Shown: positions 9,617-22,805, counted from the whole stretch's first letter. The stretch is 46,010 bases of DNA, filler included, from Jimgerdemannia flammicorona (GCA_003990765.1; 2 parts of 2 records of this genome joined end to end with filler, not necessarily neighbours in it), one strand, 5' to 3'. Notes: generated by a model not told the origin, from the letters alone. Translations and numbers: made by a program.

Positions 9617-10474
9617 TCATGTGGTATTGCTTGATTGAGCCTTGCGTTTGGTTTCACTCATACATTCATAGGAGTAGTGGCCTTCTTCTCCACAGCTGTA
9701 GCAGGTACCTTTCTTCTTGTCTGAGGTGGTGGCAAACTTCTGAACAGGGCGGCGATCTCTTCCTCGGATTTCCTTTACCACATCTCTCAGGTGGGCAGTC
9801 ATTTCAGCAAACCTTTTGGCAAGTTCCTCCATAGGATCACTGTTCTTTTGCTGCTCGGTAGCTTTTGGCTGAGGTGTGTTTCGATTGATCATTATGGTGG
9901 GGATCACACTGGTTGCCTTGGGTGCCTTGATTCTGACTCCTGTAACTCTCTCCATTGTATGGTCTTGTGGGTGTCTGGCTATCCAGTATCGCTGAGCATA
10001 GGTGACCCTTTGTGGCAGATCCAGAATCACTAGTGATGAGCAGATGGCCATGGCTATTTCTGGATGGACTCCTTTCATGAAGGTTGCTTCAGCTACTTGA
10101 TCTTGGGTAGCAGCAGCATAATCTGCAAGGATTATCTGATATCGAATTCTGGTATAGAATGTGTTTGGATCCTCATGCATTCCTTGGTATGTTGTGTTGA
10201 GCTGATCTTTCAGGGCTTGCTTAATCTCATCTGTGTAATATGTGTTTCGGAGCCAGGTCTTCTGTGCTGTCAGTACAGCATCAGCATCATTTTCTGCATG
10301 GGTTGCGACTGTGAATGCTGCTCTGGCAGGGCCTCGTAGGCTGAAGGGTATGAGGGCTACTTGCTGTACTGCTGTCAGAGTCCTTACAGTGGCATACTGC
10401 TCGAAATCGTCAATGAAGGTGATGATTGATTCATCTGAGGTATATCTATGGAATACTGGCGGTCTCATATCCAT
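9617..10474 (-). CDS. Element B Gag (capsid plus CCHC knuckle)
   Basis: Retrotransposon Gag-like QGMHEDPNTFY..FMKGV; CYSCGEEGHYSYEC. The frame probably continued past the TGA at 9617. Confidence 0.88.
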   Translation of the reverse strand: MDMRPPVFHRYTSDESIITFIDDFEQYATVRTLTAVQQVALIPFSLRGPARAAFTVATHAENDADAVLTAQKTWLRNTYYTDEIKQALKDQLNTTYQGMHEDPNTFYTRIRYQIILADYAAATQDQVAEATFMKGVHPEIAMAICSSLVILDLPQRVTYAQRYWIARHPQDHTMERVTGVRIKAPKATSVIPTIMINRNTPQPKATEQQKNSDPMEELAKRFAEMTAHLRDVVKEIRGRDRRPVQKFATTSDKKKGTCYSCGEEGHYSYECMSETKRKAQSSNTT

Positions 10475-10588
10475 CTTGTCTGGGTATTGGGGCTCGGTTT
10501 GTATGGTTGTTCGGGTAGTGGTGGTTGTTCGTTATTCAGCTTGAAAGTGAGGGATTCATCTTGAATCACCAGCCAATGGGCACCAAGT

Positions 10589-11064
10589 TGTAATATAGCA
10601 GATGCTTACTCTTGAAAGTATATCAGATTTCTGTATCTTAAAAACTTGACTGTTCTGACTCTCGCAGAGTCTCTTGAAGTGGCAGGGGAGGGTGAGTGAG
10701 TTCAAAGTGTATCTGCCTGCAGGCTTACTAGTTCCTTTGCTATCTCTTTGCTTTGAACTATTTCGATCTGAGGTTTATTCACTCGAAGATACTGGGTTAT
10801 TTATACAAGTTTGCTAGCTATGCGAAGGTGGCTAAGTAATAAATGAGTCATTTGGACTTTGTTGAAACATTTGGACAATGTCTAAATGCTATACTAAATC
10901 AGGGTATTCGATTTGGATAATGTCCAAAATTTAGACAATGTCTAAGAATTTAGACAATGTTGAAATCGAGGACTGCTAACTATAATGCTATACTACTTTG
11001 GGAATGGGTGCGATCAAGTGTCTATTCCCTATTTCCTTCTTCCAAATCTGGCTGTACCGTCACA
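10589..11064 (-). repeat. 5' LTR of element B
   Basis: Direct repeat of 4337-4812, followed on minus by the PBS. Confidence 0.95.
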
Positions 11065-11569
11065 CTAGCTAAGATAAGGTACTTGGTACCAAGGAAAGAC
11101 AAAAATGTTCTAGTAGTGTCTGGGTGCCAAGAGAAGGTTTCTAAGCAAGTAGAAGGTGACAGAATATAGTAGAATGTTCAAGAAAAGACAAGAAAAGACT
11201 AACTAAAAGACACAAAAATATACTAAGACTAAATATGATAGTGAAATTGTTATATCCCTCTCTCCTTAAGAATCAATGTCCTCATTGAGTTCTTAGGTAA
11301 TACAAGACTAGATATACTTAACCAAAATTTCTCAAACTTGAATCGGCATATTGGCAGGGATTGGCCATCCTTATATAGAACAGAGAGCCTATTACCAAAC
11401 TAACCAACTGGGAGGAATTCGAACCCAGCTAGTAGCTTTATTTTGATGGACTTCTTGTTCATTAAATATTCTGCTGGTTCCAGGGTTCCAAAGTAAACTT
11501 CTGATGCATAAGACACTGGTCATTGCCATAGGTCATCAACAATCTAAGAAAGTCACTACAGAGATTAGG

Positions 11570-13688
11570 TAATGTGTTTTGTCTTGAAGTCTTGAACTAG
11601 ATCTTGAGAGTTCTTGAGATTGACCAGTAGTTCTCAGATAGCATTATATTCAGGATAACTCATCCACTTGACTAGGTATTCAGGATGACAGTAGCAGATT
11701 CATTTTTCAAGGATTTTCTCAGCTTCATACTCAATATGGTCTTCAATAATTACAGGGGTAGAGGGTTTAGGAATTTGACCAGAGTAGGATGGTGACTGGT
11801 TCCAGGTCTTGAGGTATGACACATGAAAGACTGGGTGCACTCTTATGGTTTCAGGTAGCTTGAGGCAGTAGAAGGATGCAGAGACTTGTTCAGTAATCTC
11901 AAAAGGTCTAATATACTTAGGTTGGAACTTGTTCAAAGAGTAGTTGACTTGAGATTATATCTTGAGGTTCTTGGTAGATAGTAGGACTTGATCTTCAACA
12001 GTATAAGTGATATCATGGTATTTCTTGTCAACATACTTGGCTTGATACTATTGAGCCTTCTGAAGATTCACAGTAGTAATCTTGAGTAGTTTGTCCATTT
12101 TGTCTATAAGGTTCTTGGTAGTTAGGACTTGTATTTGACTGGTTTTCTTAAAAGGGAATAGACTTGCAGGAGTCTTGAGATCTTGACTATAGAGTAACTG
12201 GAAAGGAGAAAGACCAGTAGATGATTGGATGGTATTGTTGTATATAAACTCTGCATAAGTTAGGTAGATGTCCCAATTATCTTGCTTAAGAAACATAGTT
12301 TCTAAGTATTTGTTTTAGAGTTCTGTTCATGTGCTCAGTTTGTCTATTAGTTTGTAGATAGACATAACTAATTGGGTTCCTAGAATCTTGAAGAGGGTTT
12401 GCCAGAAGTGACTGGTGAACTTGGGGTCACAATCACTAACAATTACTCATGGTAGATCATAGTGACAGAAGATAGACTTGAAGAAGATTCTTGTAATCTT
12501 GGGTGCAGTAGTATTGATAGTAGTTGGTTCAGCAACCATAGTTTTGGTTAGGCAGTCAACAAATACAACAATAGCATTGGTACCAGATTGAGTTTGTGAT
12601 AGTTAAGTTACAAAGTCCATGGTGACTTACTTGAACTTCTTGATAGAAATTAGCAGTGATTGTAGCAAACTAGCAGATACTTGGTTGGTAGACTTATTGC
12701 ACTGACATAGATTACAGCTGGTAATATAGTTCTTGATTTCCTTGACTATGTTTGACTAATAATAGTGGTGTTGAATATTCTTAACAGTCTTCTCAATTCC
12801 CAGATGACTGGTAAGAGGAGAGTCATGATGTTCTTACAAAACCTTGTAGTGTAGATTTATGTTTTCAAGTAGATAGACTTGATCTTGATGATAGATCAGA
12901 TTGTTCTCAATAGTATATGTATCCTTGAGTTCATTCGAGAAAACTCTAGTGGTAACTATGTCTTCTTTGTAAGCTTGTCTGATTTGGTCTAAGAATTCTG
13001 ATGTCAAGGTGACTTATATGATTGTAGCAAGGTCTGAGTGTCTTAATAAGGCATCTGGTACTACAAGTGTCTTGTTAGGCTTGTAGATGATCATCGGGTT
13101 GAAGGTTTGAAGCTTGAGGCTCCACTTGGCTTATAGATGTGATAGAGTAGATTGGGTGTTGATATACTTGAGAGATTGATGATCAGTAATGACATCAAAC
13201 TCAATACCTTCTAGATAGTATTGCCAGTGGTCTAGTGCATATATTATTACTAGTAGTTTCTTCTCATAAGTAGCTAGCTTTTGTTTAGCTGGGACCAGCT
13301 TGTGGGACTCAAAAGCAATAGGACAATGTCCTTTATCATCATCTTATGACAGGACTGCTCTAATGGCAAAATTCAATATATTAGTAGTGACTATAAATTT
13401 TAGGCCTTGATCTGCATTATGCAGAACTGGAGTATGGGTCAGGCAGTTCTTAAGTTCTTAAAAGGCTTATTGACAGAAGAGATCTCAGGTATAGGGTACA
13501 TAGTGGTCTGAGTGCAGGGCTTTCCTCATAAGGTTAGTCAGTGGCTTAGCAATACCAGAGAAGTTTCTGACAAAGTAGTGGTAATAGCCAGCTAAACCAA
13601 GAAAAGATCAAAGTTCTGTAAGGTTTAATAAAATGGGCTATTCTTCAATTGCTTCTATCTTGTATAGGTCTACTTGAATTACTTATAT
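11570..13688 (-). pseudogene. Element A RT C-terminus, RNase H, integrase and chromodomain
   Basis: SDCDPKFTSHFW, YNNTIQSSTGLSPF, PKYIRPFEI, VHPVFHVSYLK, EYEAEKIL..EYLVKW; many stops. Confidence 0.9.
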
Positions 13689-13786
13689 AGAGACAATGTG
13701 GCCAGACCTCTTTCTGGTACCATTCAGGTTACATGACCTTTGGAAGACACTTTCAACATCGTTCTTGGTGAAAAGAGACTAATAAC

Positions 13787-15812
13787 ATGGCAATCAACAG
13801 GCAACCTGAGGTGCGTACTGGGCAGGGTGGTCCAAGTGCTTTCGACTGGCAGCAGGTGGGGAGGGGTCCAGGCCTGGGGGGGGGTATGAGGGGCTTGCTG
13901 GTGAGTGGACATGGAAGGGGTAGAGGAGGTGGTGGAGGATCAGGATCTGGGAGGGCAAGCTTCGTGGAGATGGTAAAGAGGAGACAGCAGACGTCAGGGC
14001 TGGAGGGCTGGTTGAGGAAGGGCAAGGAGACTGAGAAGGTGGCAGTGCAGGGGGGAGTGGCCCTTGGAAGGGGGGGCAGTGGAGCTGGAGGAGTAGTGGT
14101 TAGGGGGGGGTGTGACTGCTGATGGTGATGGGACTGTTGATCTGGAAAAAAATCCAGATGTGACGGCTGATGGCGAGGCTGAGCGGCTGAGGCTTAGAAG
14201 ACAAGGGGACTTGGCAGATGGTATAATGGGTCTGGCAGTGGCCCCATTACTCAAAAAATCGATCTCAGCTTTCGCAGTCACACTATGCTTCTGGGGCCTA
14301 GCAGTGATGGTGAAAATGGTACTGGGGCTCATCACTAAGCAGGTGGCAGGAGCTGTGTCTGTGAAGTTTTTGAAGGGACTAGAAGGAGTGGAGGTGGGTT
14401 TTGAGGAGGTGGCACTGCTGGAGGAGGTGCTGAAGGTTGGATTGGTAGTTGGGGAGGTGTGTATTCCAATAGCGCAGTGTCTGAAGTGGGACCCCAGGGT
14501 GGTCCAACTGCTGGTAAAAGGTGTGCCGATGGTGACAGCGATGGAGACAAGGAAGAGAGTTGAGGATTTCATGGCAGAATATAGCGAGGTGGTGGATATT
14601 GGGTTCAGGGTCTGGAAAGGGACCTCACTCAGAACTGGTGACATAGATGTGAGGATTCAGCTGGCTGGAAAAGAAGCCACTGGGAAGGCCAGAGACTGGC
14701 CTTCGGTGATAGTCTGGAGAGCGATCCTGTGTAAGGTGACAAAGGTGAAAGGAAGTGAGGAGAAGGAGGAGAATTTATTAGAAGTACTTGAAGAGCTGGG
14801 TGGTGCTGTAGAGAGGTGAGTGAAGGCTTGGGAGGCTTTTGTGGAGTCGACACACTTGGAGGTGGTGGATGGAAAGCGGATTTGAGTGACCAAGGAGTAG
14901 TGGGAAAGGGCTCAGGGGTGTAAGAGACAGAAAGAGCTGCTGGCCAAGCTGGATAGCAGACCACTGGGGGAGGCAAGCAAGGTGAAGGGTGCAGGGGGAG
15001 CTGAAGCAAGTGTCTGGGCCAGCAAGGGGGAGGGGAAGGACAGGATGGAGGCGGGGGAGGACAAGGAGAAGACTAGGAAGGACCCATATGCTGATGGTAT
15101 GCTGGAGGTTTGGGAGGAGGACTGGGGGGGCTCCCCTACCCCTACCCCTCTCATCAGGCATAGCCCGGCTTCCTGGAATAGAGTGGTAGAAGATGTGCCA
15201 ATGCGAGGGGCCCAGAGGGTGCAATTTGGAGTTCTGGAGGTGGCATATGGGAGACAGGTAGTGGCAGCTGGCAAGGAGGAACTGGTGGATGTCCCGGAGG
15301 TATGAGATGAGTCTACAAGTACTGGAGCTGACACCACAATGTTGGATGGAGGGAGGCTGGTGACTCCAGGGGGGAAAGAAGTGGGGAACTTGCTTTGGAT
15401 ATGCCAGATGATGAATAACCTGGTGGTGGAAAAGTTGGGGGAGGTGGACTTGTGAGTGATAAGTGATGAATATTGGGCAGGGATACTGCAGAGGGATGGC
15501 GTAATGAAAGTATTGAAGGTGGAAATTCTTACAGTATACCTGGAGGAGGAAGGGTATGAGGTGGATAAGGAGAGGGAGGCTGAGATGGCAGTTGTTGCTG
15601 GAGAGAGGGCTGAATACTGCTGGAACAGGCATCATGGACTACAGCTCTGGCAGAAGGTATGCATTGAATACTGAGAGGAGTTTGAGGAGAAGGCAGATGA
15701 AGAGATGAATGAACTGCTGGCTGGATTGGAGGCTCAGAGGGCAGAAGAGGAGGAGGTGGCTGCAGAACATAATCTGGACAAGGCGTAGGAGGAGATGAGC
15801 ATGGAGCAGTAG
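13787..15812 (+). pseudogene. LINE C ORF1 (Gly-rich N-terminus, RRM-like middle, acidic C-terminus)
   Basis: VVQLLVKGVP..EYSEVVDIGFRVW..TGDIDVRI resembles the RRM of Tx1/L1 ORF1; frameshift at the poly-G near 14105; homologous to ORF1 of E and F. Confidence 0.75.
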
Positions 15813-15845
15813 AGACTGATTGACAACAAAACATATTTCATCATT

Positions 15846-18800
15846 ATGAACAGTACAACCAACATTTTCTCTTTAAACATGAATGGGTTATGGGGTGCTT
15901 CTCGATGTAGGAACATTTTTACTTAGATGAAGGGATTGAAGGCCAATCTCTTCCTCTTGCAGGATGTCCGGTGTGAAGATGACTCTGATAGGATAGAATG
16001 GACAAAGGAATGGGGAGGTGTAGCAATTTGGAAGGGCAAGGTTGGAATTTTGGTTAGGAAAGGCAGAGGGGAGATACAGAATATGAGGAGCTGGGGGGAG
16101 AGACTGGTCTAGGGAGAGTAGATTCAGGCAGACTGGGGGCCAGTTATGGTTGGCTCCTGCTACTGCCCTGCGGTACGGGGTGAGAGAGTAGATTGGGTGA
16201 GAGGCTTACAGAAGAGTGGATTACTTGCAGAGGCTGGGGTGGATATGCTTGGAGGAGATTTCAATATGGTTTGGGACTTACTGTTGGATAGAACAGATGG
16301 AGGACGAGGTGCTGAGAGCAGGAGTGGAGGTCTGGTGGCTTGGGAGAAAGTAAAAAGACTAAGTGCACTAGTAGATGCTAGAAGAGAGTACTGGGGGAAT
16401 AGGAGGGTTTATACACATTGGGTAGGGGGTCTGGGGACTAGAATCGACTGGATTTTGATGGCCAGCTGCTGGGGCCTAGATGTTTGGAAGTTGCTGGAGG
16501 TGGAATGGTGTCCATAGTCGGATTACTGGGGGCTTTTGGGACAGGGGTGCTTTGGGGGAAGTGGGGATGGGCCTGGACATTGGTGCCTCAATTTCTCTTT
16601 GTTAGATGACAAGACCCAGTAGGATGAGTGGGCTAAAGACATTCAGCTGAGGGTAGAGAACTGGAGGCAGGAAGGGGCCTCAGTTGGGACTTGGTAGATG
16701 AGGATGAAGGAAATGGCCAAGATTTATTGGAGGGAGGCTGGTAAGGAGGCAGGGAAGCAGCAAAAGCAAAGAGTGTATTGGGCCTCCGCTAGATTGACAA
16801 GGCTCCTGGAGGAGTGGGCAAGGCTGACAATGTTGGAGGGAGAAGCAGATTGGCGATTAATGATGGCGAAAATGGAGGTTGGGGAACTTCAACAGGTGCT
16901 GCGGGAGGAGGAAGAGGCAAGGGTATAGAGCTTGGCAGCGCATCTTTGCTGGCAGGATCTGGAGGAAGGAGAGAGGCCTTCCAAGCTTCTTACAAGGGCC
17001 CTTAGGGTGAGACGGGTACAGTAATGGTGGGAAGGAGTATTGGACTCTGACAGGGTACTGGTGCATGGTGTACAGGATATTCTTGGATCGCTGAAGGAGA
17101 GATAGAGTGGATTGTGGAGTGAGGAGGAGGGTGGGGCAGATGCCGATATAATTGAACAAATATTGGAAGATTGGCACCCACCACAAGTTGAAGGGCTAGG
17201 GGATCTGGTGATGCCTGTATAAGAGGATGAGATTCACCAGGTTCTTGCTGCGACAATGCCAGATATGGCACCTGGGGAGGATGGTCTGCCCTGGGACTTT
17301 TGGAAGCGAATGGTTGGAGTCCCAGGGGTAATGAGAGAGATGACAGTATTGTGCGACCTTATTCTACAGACAGAGAGGTGGGTGGGGGAGCAGGACCTTG
17401 GGCTGGTGACACTGCTTTACAAAAACAAAGGAAGGTGGGAGGATTGGAAGAACTGGCAGCCAATAATGTTGCTAGATATGGACAGGAAGTTGGTAACTAA
17501 GGTGGTGGTGGCAAGACTACAGAAGGTGGCCCAGCAAGTCATGGGTGTTGAGCAGAGGGGATTTGTGGGTGGTTGGCTCATCAGGGATGGTACTGCCTAG
17601 GTACATGGCATTATCGAAGGGGCAAGAGCCTGTGGACTGGATGGGCAGCTAGTTTTCTTGGACCAGGAGAAGGCATATGACCAAGTGTGAAGAGTCTGGC
17701 TGGTGAAAGTTTTGGATAGAATGGGGGTTCTGCATCAATTCTGGTCAGCAATGGTCAGCCTACTGGAAGGGAGTAGGGCTGCCCTCATATGTAATGGACA
17801 TAGAGGGGTAGTGTTCCCGTTGGATAGAGGGGTGCCCCAGGGGGACCCATTGTCCCCCATTTTGTATACTCTTTCCCTGGAACCCCTTATGGATAGAATT
17901 AGACAGCAGATAGAGGGGCTCTCTGTCTTTGGCATAGGATGGAAAGTTGGGGCCTTTTCTGATGACATGGTAGTTGGTTTGAGTTCAATTGCTGATGTTG
18001 AGGAGCTCAAGAAGACTGTAGAGTAGTATGAGGAGTACTCTGGAGCTAAGTTGAATTGGCATAAGTGTGAAACAATGGTGCTAGGCAATGGCCTGGTGGG
18101 AGGGGAAGTTATAGGAATAATTGTCCCCACCAGTGAAGCAGTGCAGTACTTAGGTATCTACTTGTCAGTCTATGGGTCAGTTCTGCCCAGGCTTTGGTGA
18201 GAGCAGAGGATTGGAATCTGGGAGGAGGTCTTGCAGAGTTGGGGGGGAAGACATTTTTCTCTGGCAGGGAGGATCTTGATTTTGAATGTCTACTGGCTGC
18301 CAAAGTTGTGGTACCTGGTGTATCATCTGGACTTCCCAGCCTGGGTGGTGAAGAGATTGATAAAGTTGGTGAAGAGATGGATTTGGGCTGGCAGGCAGAG
18401 TCAGATTAGTTGGGAGACCTTGTCCCTACCAGTGGCAAGAGGCGGTCTTGGGCTGGTTGACTTTCCAAAATAGTTATACTGCTTGCGAGCATGGTGGCTG
18501 AAGAGAGCAGTGGAGCTGAGAGGAGGTGGATGGGTTCCTCTGCTACAGAAGATTTGGGAGAGGGGGGCATCGCCAAGGGGCTCAACTGGTAATCTCCTCT
18601 CCTTAGTTGGGCTTCAGAACACTGGACAACTACGATATAAAGGATTTTGGTGGGGGATTGCAGAAGGGGTGCACTGCATTGGTATTCACTGGCAGGGGAA
18701 TGAAGGGGAGGAGGATTGGGACCTGGCAATGTAGAGATGAGATCGTATACTGCTGGATGGCACTCCTTTAATTAAGTTCGACATTGGGGATGGAATGGAA

Positions 18801-19502
18801 TGCCAAAGGGGACCAAGTCAGGATCTGTGGCCTAGTGGTTGGCAAGGAGTTGGAATTGGTGAGGAGTGGAACTGGCATGGTGTGTAGACCTGGAGTACTA
18901 CAGTGAGAACATAGCTGCCGCCAAAATACTGTGTGGTCTGGTGGTGCATGCTGCAGAGGAATATTATGCTCAACTTTCACTCGGGGCACCTTGTAGTAGG
19001 GGGTTGCTTCGACTGTGAGGAGTGTCATAATGTAGGGCAGGTGGGGGGTTATGTACAGACACCAGAACATTGGCTAGGAGAGTGTGAGGTGTTGGGGGAT
19101 TTTTGGCAGACAATTGGGGATCGCTTGGGGGTATGGGGTAGGGGTGATGAAGTATGGGGGAGGTGGGAGGACTTGAGAGATAGATTGGTAGGGGGGATAG
19201 GGAAGGAGTGGCTTACTTTGGGTTGGGCTTTAGCTATTTGGGTAGGGCTGGCCAGTCATTGACTATTTGTTTTTGAGGATAGGAGGAGACAGAATTTGGA
19301 GGACTGGTTGCTGTGGTGGCATAGGCTTATGGAAGACACCTTAACAGGCTGGTGGCTGGGTTGGGGGATGTGGGGTGGTCGGAAGCACCATTTAGTGGAG
19401 AAAATCTGTGAGCAAAGTGGGGGGAGAGTTGGGGTAGTTGGTGAAAGAGTGATTTTCATTCGTGAGGAGGTAGGGAGGGGCCCCCCTGTGGGGATTGGAT
19501 AG
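15846..19502 (+). pseudogene. LINE C ORF2 (APE endonuclease, RT, C-terminal Cys/His motif)
   Basis: FSLNMNGL, LLQD, LGGDFN, RIDWI; APGEDGL, GVPQGDPLSP, FSDD; CFDCEEC..TPEHWLGEC. Confidence 0.92.
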
Positions 19503-19613
19503 TGGGTAGGAATGATGTATATTTATTCATAGACTGGTAATAAAGGTGGAGTCCAAGTGACTATAAAAAACAAAAAAAAAAAAAAAAAAAAAAAAAAAGA
19601 GACAATGTGGCCA

Positions 19614-20830
19614 AGGTATTTGACTTGTTCCTTGAAGAATTCACACTTCTTGAGCTTAGCATAAAGCTTGTGTTTTCGCAGGATCTCTAGAACTATTTGA
19701 ATGTATTTGAGGTGTTCTTCTTTAGTTGCACTAAAGATCAGGATGTCATCAAGATATATCAACAGGAAAATAAATAATTGGTTCTTGAATATCTTATTCA
19801 TCAGAGTCTAAAATGTGGTGGGTGCATTGGTGAGACTAAATGCTAAGACCAGGAATTCATAGAGTCCAAAGAAGGTCATGAACACAGTCTTGGGAATGTC
19901 TTCTGGCTTGATTCAGATCTGGTGGTATTCTGATATAAGGTCTAACTTAGTGAAGTACTTGGCATTCTTGAGAGCATCAAAGATTTGATCAATCAAGAGT
20001 AATGAGTAGCAGTTCTTGACAGTGAGTTTGTTGAGTATACAATAGTCTATGTATATTTACAGGGTATCATTCTTCTTCTTGATGAATAAGACTGGTGAGC
20101 CATAAGGAGATTTGCTTGGCTAGATGGCTCCTCATGCAAGTAGTTCTTCTAGTTCCTTCTTAACTACTTCAATTTCAAGTAGCAAAATGTGGTATATATG
20201 TTTCTTGAGTAGTACAGCTCCTGGGCTCAGTTCAATTTCATGATCAACTTCTTGTATAGGTGGTAGACCAGGTAGCTTGTCTGGAAAGACATCCTTAAAT
20301 TCCTCTAGCAATAGCTTGATGCTTTTATTGACTGATAGTCTCTTGTCTTGTTTCTTGGGATGGATCATTACAACAAAGATATGTATTGCCTTCTTAAGTA
20401 CTTTCTTGTACTGTATAGCTGACAGTATTGCAATCTGGGTCTTGCTCATAGTCTTGTCTGTCTTGATCATAATGTTGGCTCCATCTTGAAGTAAGGTAAC
20501 TTCATTCTTATATCAATCAATGTCTGAGTTGTGTTTCATAAGTCAGGGTTTTTCTAAGATCAGATTATGATCTCCTAGTAGTGCAACTTCAAAGTCTACT
20601 CATTTCCAATATTTTTGGATCTTGATGGGCAGTTTGGTGGCAATTGACTCAATGGAGTGCAGAGTACCATCTGCAGTGACTATACTATTGTTCTTGGGTA
20701 CAGACTTAGTAAGGATCTTGAGGCTTTCAATGAGATTCTAGTTGATGAAGTTCCCTGCAGCTCCACTATCTATGAGTACTTGAACTTCTTTTTCTTTGAC
20801 TAGGCCTTTGAAAATGAGCATAGCTTGAGC
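19614..20830 (-). pseudogene. Element A protease and RT N-terminus
   Basis: VLIDSGAAGNFIN, FKDVFPDKLPGLPP, IYLDDILIFS. Confidence 0.9.
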
Positions 20831-20849
20831 TCGATTTTCACTAAGACTT

Positions 20850-21275
20850 GCTGCTTGATCAGTGCTGCCAAAACTCTTTTGATCTCATTTGGTTTCAGAG
20901 AGTTCTTAGACTTCTGTAATCTTGAGTTGACTGGCTTTTTTCAGAATCATTTGTACAACTTGGTCTCCTTCTTTAACTGTGTAGTTTTGATCCTTCTAGT
21001 TGATAAGCAAGACTTGAACTTGTCCTCAAAAGTCTGGGTCAATGATACCAGTACCTACATCCAAATGATGTTTGATACTGAGTTCTGATCGCAGTGCAAT
21101 TCTAGCATAATATCCTTTAGGGCATTGAACTGCAATTTCAGTAGACACCAGAGTGCAGCCCTTGACTAGAATAGTGACTTGTTTAACTGAGTGTAGGTCA
21201 AGACCAATGGCTCCTTCTATTTGATATTGAGGGACCTGGGCCTTTGGATAAAGCTTCTTGATTTTGAGCTTAAGT
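20850..21275 (-). pseudogene. Element A dUTPase (between Gag and PR)
   Basis: GAIGLDL, RIALRSELS, GIIDPDF*G, GDQVVQMI, KSFGSTD. Confidence 0.88.
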
Positions 21276-21339
21276 TGACTAGTGGTGGGATTGATGGGTA
21301 TATCCTTGGACAACACAGTGACTGGTCTTGAGGGTTCAC

Positions 21340-22290
21340 TAGTCTTCCTAGAATATTTGGTTATAATGTATCCTGTTTGATGACAGAAGAAATAGGCTCC
21401 AGATTTCTTCAGGCAGTCCTTTTCTTCAGAGGTGAGCTTGGTGTTCTTTTTGTTCATAATATCTAAGTCCATTGGTACTGGACCAACTGTCCTTAGTTGG
21501 TTTCTGTGGCAGTTCTCAAAGTAGTTCTTCTTGTGACATTCTGGTTCAAAGCAGTTGCCAAAAGTGATAATATCAAATTTATTGGTGATTCTCATGGCTT
21601 TATCAAGAGTTTTGGGCTCTTCTAGCTTAACCTTGACTCATGTATTTCCCTTCAGACCTTGGACATAGTAGTCTATCTTTTCATCCTCAGATACTACTGG
21701 TAACTCAAGTAGAATTGATAAGAATTGTGCATTATAGTTTTGTACAGACTTGAGTTGCTTGATGTTTGCTAGCTTGTCTCTAGCTAGTTTGGTGGTATTA
21801 GCAGGCTGGAACCACTTATGAAGGGCTCTCTTGAAAGCTTCCCAATCTCTGATTTGTGTATATGAGGGTACAGATGTAACCATGATATAGTTGTGCTACC
21901 AGATAGCTGCATTTCCTCAAAGGAGTGTGGTAGCAAATTGGACTTATATATCATCTTTCATTCTTGTGAGCTTGAAGTATTGGTCCAACTGAAAGGTCCA
22001 TGCATCTGTAGATAGTCCTCCTCAATGGCCATTGAAGATATCTGACTTGAGTGGCTTAAAACTGACTGGCACTATGGCAGAATGTGATGTATCTGCTGTA
22101 TATATTTTCTGCTGTTCTAGTTGTGCTTGCAGTTCTTGAATTTGGTGGGCTATGACATTGATCATATCTTCTATGTTAAGCTGTGATCTACCTACTTCTT
22201 CTGTAGCAGAGGGGTCTGGCTGGTAGACTGTTTCTTCATGGCTTATTTCAAATTCATATGTATGACTAGTTGTGACTGGTTTCCGAATTC
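21340..22290 (-). pseudogene. Element A Gag
   Basis: WEAFKRAL..ARDKLANIKQLKSVQNY..YVQGL, GPVPMDLD and a degenerate knuckle. Confidence 0.85.
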
Positions 22291-22340
22291 ATATGAGGTT
22301 TTTTAATTAGGTAAGATATAATGACACTGATGCTATCAAG

Positions 22341-22805
22341 TGTAACAGTTCTAGTTTCTTTAAGAGAAAGTAACTAAATCTGGAAGTTCTGGTTGACCTA
22401 AAGTAGCTCAAAGAGATACCTAAAGGTTCAAGTGTTCTCAAAGGATTTCTAGAAGAAAATATTCTGAGCTTTATTCAGGTAGAGAATAAGGATATTTATA
22501 CATGATCTAAAAGAAAGATCTGGAAGGATCTTAGAAAGAAAGAGAAATACCAAGAAATAGGTTCTCAGCAAAGCTGACTAATACTATTCGACAATGTTCT
22601 AAAAGGTTCATAACTAGCTAAGACAAAGTACTTGGTGCTAAGGAAAGATAAGAATGTTCTAGTAGTATCTGGGTGCTGAGAGAAGGTTTCTAAACAAGTA
22701 GAAGGTAATGGAACATAGTAGAATGTTTAAGAAAAGATAAGAAAAGACTAACTAAAAGACACAAAAATGTACTAAGACTAAATATATGATAGTGAAATTG
22801 TTACA
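22341..22805 (-). repeat. 5' LTR of element A (465 bp)
   Basis: TGTAAC..GTTACA; colinear with 4059-4336 + 11065-11254. Confidence 0.93.

Larger units (their letters stand above)
4337..11064 (-). mobile_element. Element B: Ty3/Gypsy LTR retrotransposon (gag, PR-dUTPase-RT-RH-IN, plus ORF3)
   Basis: 476-bp LTRs at 4337-4812 and 10589-11064; 4-bp TSD CTAG; PBS TGGTGCCCATTGG; PPT AGGAGGAAGT; inserted in the 3' LTR of A. Confidence 0.95.
13705..19597 (+). mobile_element. LINE C: full-length L1/Tx1-type non-LTR retrotransposon
   Basis: TSD AGAGACAATGTGGCCA at 13689-13704 and 19598-19613; AATAAA at 19539; poly(A) 19565-19597; interrupts YLGHIVS of the element A RT. Confidence 0.95.
4059..22805 (-). 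mobile_element. Element A: chromoviral Ty3/Gypsy LTR retrotransposon (gag-dUTPase-PR-RT-RH-IN-chromodomain), degenerate
   Basis: LTRs 22341-22805 and 4059-4336 + 11065-11254 (TG..CA); TSD GATTC at 4054-4058 and 22806-22810; PPT complement TCCCTCTCTCCTT at 11255; PBS-like TGATAGCA next to the 5' LTR. Confidence 0.93.

Noticed and set aside
13699..13704. TGGCCA near the 5' ends of LINE C and LINE F as target specificity
   Set aside because: Spacing to the element start differs and LINE E lacks it; two cases are insufficient.
19523..19600. Poly-Phe tail on the RT ORF 19523-19801
   Set aside because: Read-through into the reverse complement of the LINE C poly(A) tail.
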